64,000 bases of DNA, taken from assembly GCA_025359845.1 (NCBI GenBank), contig JANYDT010000185.1:7935-71934 (forward strand). The letters are read 5' to 3'. How positions within the stretch are numbered: position 1 is the stretch's first letter; each line of letters opens with the position of its first letter. The notes under the pieces were generated by a model. It made no database searches, was not told the origin of the DNA, and saw only the letters and a program-made list of their open reading frames with translations. The translations under genes and the position numbers were made by a program. This DNA is from Acidimicrobiia bacterium. Lineage in GTDB: Bacteria; Actinomycetota; Acidimicrobiia; Acidimicrobiales; JANYDT01. Of the stretch, positions 62,133-64,000 are shown piece by piece.

Positions 62133-62426
62133 AGAGAGCCTCGCCGTAATCATTACATCGCTCCGGTCGCCAACGACGAAACCGTCGTGGCGCTCGACGA
62201 CGCGATCGACACGCTCCGGCGCACACGCAGCTTCCAGCCTGATGACCCCGGCGTCACCCTCCACTTACTGGCCAGCATCATCACCGAAACACAACAACGT
62301 CTACCCGAAGCGGTCGCCAACGCCCGTGACCATGGTTACTCGTGGGCCGAGATCGCCGAACTCGTGGGCGTCACCCGCGCTAGCGCCTGGCAACGCTACG
62401 CCGACCACACCAACCCCCGACCCTAA
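62130..62426 (+). CDS. small HTH-domain protein
   Basis: ORF 61998..62426 trimmed to ATG 62130. C-terminal HTH GYSWAEIAELVGVTRASAWQRY. 98 aa. Divergent from mod, and abuts the IS21 end. Confidence 0.6.
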   Translation: MREPRRNHYIAPVANDETVVALDDAIDTLRRTRSFQPDDPGVTLHLLASIITETQQRLPEAVANARDHGYSWAEIAELVGVTRASAWQRYADHTNPRP

Positions 62427-62565
62427 GCATCGGGACTGACCCAGAAACAGGCGAGGACGACTCGTGGCCACGAGCGAGGCGCATGGCGTTGGCGGTGGCG
62501 TGGTGGCGACTCGTGTCTTGGCGTTCGGCCAGGCAGGTCTCCTCGCGGTTCGTTGATGTGGTGGG

Positions 62566-63351
62566 TTAGCGGGGCGGGTTTCGGGTGGTGCGCCGGTTGG
62601 TGGTGGTGCGGAGCCGGTAGCTGTCGGCGCCGGTTTGGATGATGTGGGCGTTGAACGTGACGCGGTCCACGATCGCGGCGACGAGGCGGGGATCGGCGAT
62701 GACGGTGCCCCATTCGCTGAACGGGAGGTTGGTGGCGATCGCGATCGAGTTGCGTTCTTCGCGTTCGGTCAAGATCTGGAAGAGGAGTTCGGCGCCGCGG
62801 TTGTCGAGTTTGACGTAGCCGAGTTCGTCGAGGCAGAGCAGATCGAGTCGGCCGTAGCGGGCGACGATCTTGGACAGGCGGCGGTCGTCGGCCGCTTCGA
62901 CGAGTTCGTTGGTGAGCTGCGCGGCGGTGATGTAACGGACGCGGCGGTCTTGTTCGCAGGCGGCTTGTCCGAGCGCGAGCAGGAGATGGGTTTTCCCGGT
63001 CCCGGAGTCGCCGAGCAGCACGACGGGTTCGCCGGCGTCGAGGTAGGCGCCCGACGCCAGCGTGGCGATGGTGGCCGGGTTGATCGTGGGTGCGGCGCCC
63101 AAGTCGAACTGGGCGAGGCGTTTGATGCGCGGAAAGCGGGCGTCTTTGACACGGCGAGCGCGTCGTGTCAGGTCGCGGGCGTCGACTTCGGCGGCGAGGA
63201 CCTCGGCGAGGTATCCGAGGTAGGTGTGTTTCGCGCGTTGTGCAGTCTCGGCCAAAGGGGCGACGTGGGAGCGCACGACCGGGAGCTGCAAGCGGCGGGT
63301 GGCGGCCCCGATAGCGGCCTGCGCGGCGTTGTCGGACATGGTCATGGTCAT
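62566..63351 (-). CDS. istB: IS21-family helper ATPase IstB
   Basis: LLGDSGTGKTHLLLALG Walker A, LLCLDELGY Walker B, and the typical IstB N-terminus. Confidence 0.92.
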   Translation of the reverse strand: MTMTMSDNAAQAAIGAATRRLQLPVVRSHVAPLAETAQRAKHTYLGYLAEVLAAEVDARDLTRRARRVKDARFPRIKRLAQFDLGAAPTINPATIATLASGAYLDAGEPVVLLGDSGTGKTHLLLALGQAACEQDRRVRYITAAQLTNELVEAADDRRLSKIVARYGRLDLLCLDELGYVKLDNRGAELLFQILTEREERNSIAIATNLPFSEWGTVIADPRLVAAIVDRVTFNAHIIQTGADSYRLRTTTNRRTTRNPPR

Positions 63352-63379
63352 AGGGTTTCCTGGTCATAGGGTTTCCTGG

Positions 63380-64000
63380 TCATTGGGTTTCGAGGAGCTG
63401 GTCGTAGTGGGTGAGTGAGGGTTTCGGCCGGTCGAAGCGGTGTAGGCCCTCACCGATCGGGATGACCACCGCCGCGCTCCCGGTGCCGGTTTCGGTGGCG
63501 CGGCGGGCTTCGACGGCGATCACCGCAGCGTCGAGCGAGCCGACCTTGAGGGCTGCGTCGATGCCGGCGGTGACGTCAGCGTGGCTCATGGCGCGATGCA
63601 GCAGCAACACCTCGATGAGGGCCCGGGTGCCGCCTTGGTCGCCGAGACGTTGCCGGGCGAGGTCTCACAGCCGTTGATGGCTGTCGGTGAACACCCCGCC
63701 GGCACGGGCACGCGCCAGCGCAGTGGAACCAGCCAACGCGCCGGGCTTCACCGCGAGAACCTCGAGATAGTGATCCAACGCCAACACCTCGTCACCGGCC
63801 AAGCCCCTCACATGGGAGGCCACGACGCTGGCGCCGTCGAGCACCTCGACCCGGTCCGCGCCGACGCGGACATCGACACGACGCCCGACGAAGCGCACCG
63901 GCACCGAATAGAACGCCGAACGAACCGACACCCGACTCTTGTGGTCCACCCGGTGCGACGACACCACCGACACATCGAACACCTCGACCGGCAAGACCCG
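63380..64000 (-). pseudogene. istA: IS21-family transposase IstA (C-terminal part, in-frame TGA at 63665-63667)
   Basis: ORFs 63665..63994 and 63380..63610 are in the same frame. The junction reads FTDSHQRL-TGA-DLARQRLGDQGGTRALIEVLLLHRAM, where IstA proteins normally have Trp. Confidence 0.8.

Larger units (their letters stand above)
62430..64000 (-). mobile_element. IS21-family insertion sequence (partial, continues beyond the window)
   Basis: istA-istB gene pair. The end downstream of istB is estimated near 62430-62450 (GGGACTGACCCA). The terminal repeat is not verified. Confidence 0.7.

Noticed and set aside
62423-63369. 314-aa Arg/Pro-rich minus ORF and 244-aa plus ORF
   Set aside because: They are alternative frames of istB, whose Walker motifs define the true frame.

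Overview
High-GC, Actinomycetota-type chromosomal segment; gene orders such as rplM-rpsI-glmM, dnaK-grpE-dnaJ-hspR and ffs-dnaX-ybaB-recR support this, but I cannot place it more precisely. Conserved housekeeping blocks: ribosomal proteins and glmM (1-2 kb), HelD-like helicase and ABC exporter, lutABC, purA-purB, clpB, the HspR-controlled dnaK operon, recR-ybaB-dnaX with SRP RNA, tRNA-Ser and tadA, then galU-moeA-moaA-moaC, an amino-acid ABC importer and a Cys/Met PLP enzyme. Two large sortase-type surface proteins flank clpB: a TQXA thioester-domain adhesin with a poly-Thr stalk, and an SdrD/Cna-B-repeat protein. Accessory content is in three places. (i) A hipBA module at 6.2-7.8 kb. (ii) A roughly 6.7 kb island directly 3' of tRNA-Ala (43.5-50.2 kb) with two vapBC-type modules, a DUF4236 gene, VOC genes and decayed gap/fda copies. 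(iii) A decaying defence/mobile block (57.3-64 kb): an orphan vapC remnant, a Type III mod-res operon carrying three 1-nt frameshifts, a small HTH gene with a perfect palindrome over its start, and a partial IS21 element with a nonsense codon in istA. No rRNA and no CRISPR array. I did not recognise an intact, clearly novel multi-gene system. The best leads are the in-frame amber codon in purB, a 12-bp in-frame duplication in the HipA catalytic loop, the eroded Type III R-M/IS21 block with its palindrome-guarded HTH gene, the integrase-less tRNA-Ala island, and a structured leader upstream of a secreted CAP-domain gene. All homology statements come from reading motifs by eye; no database search was run.
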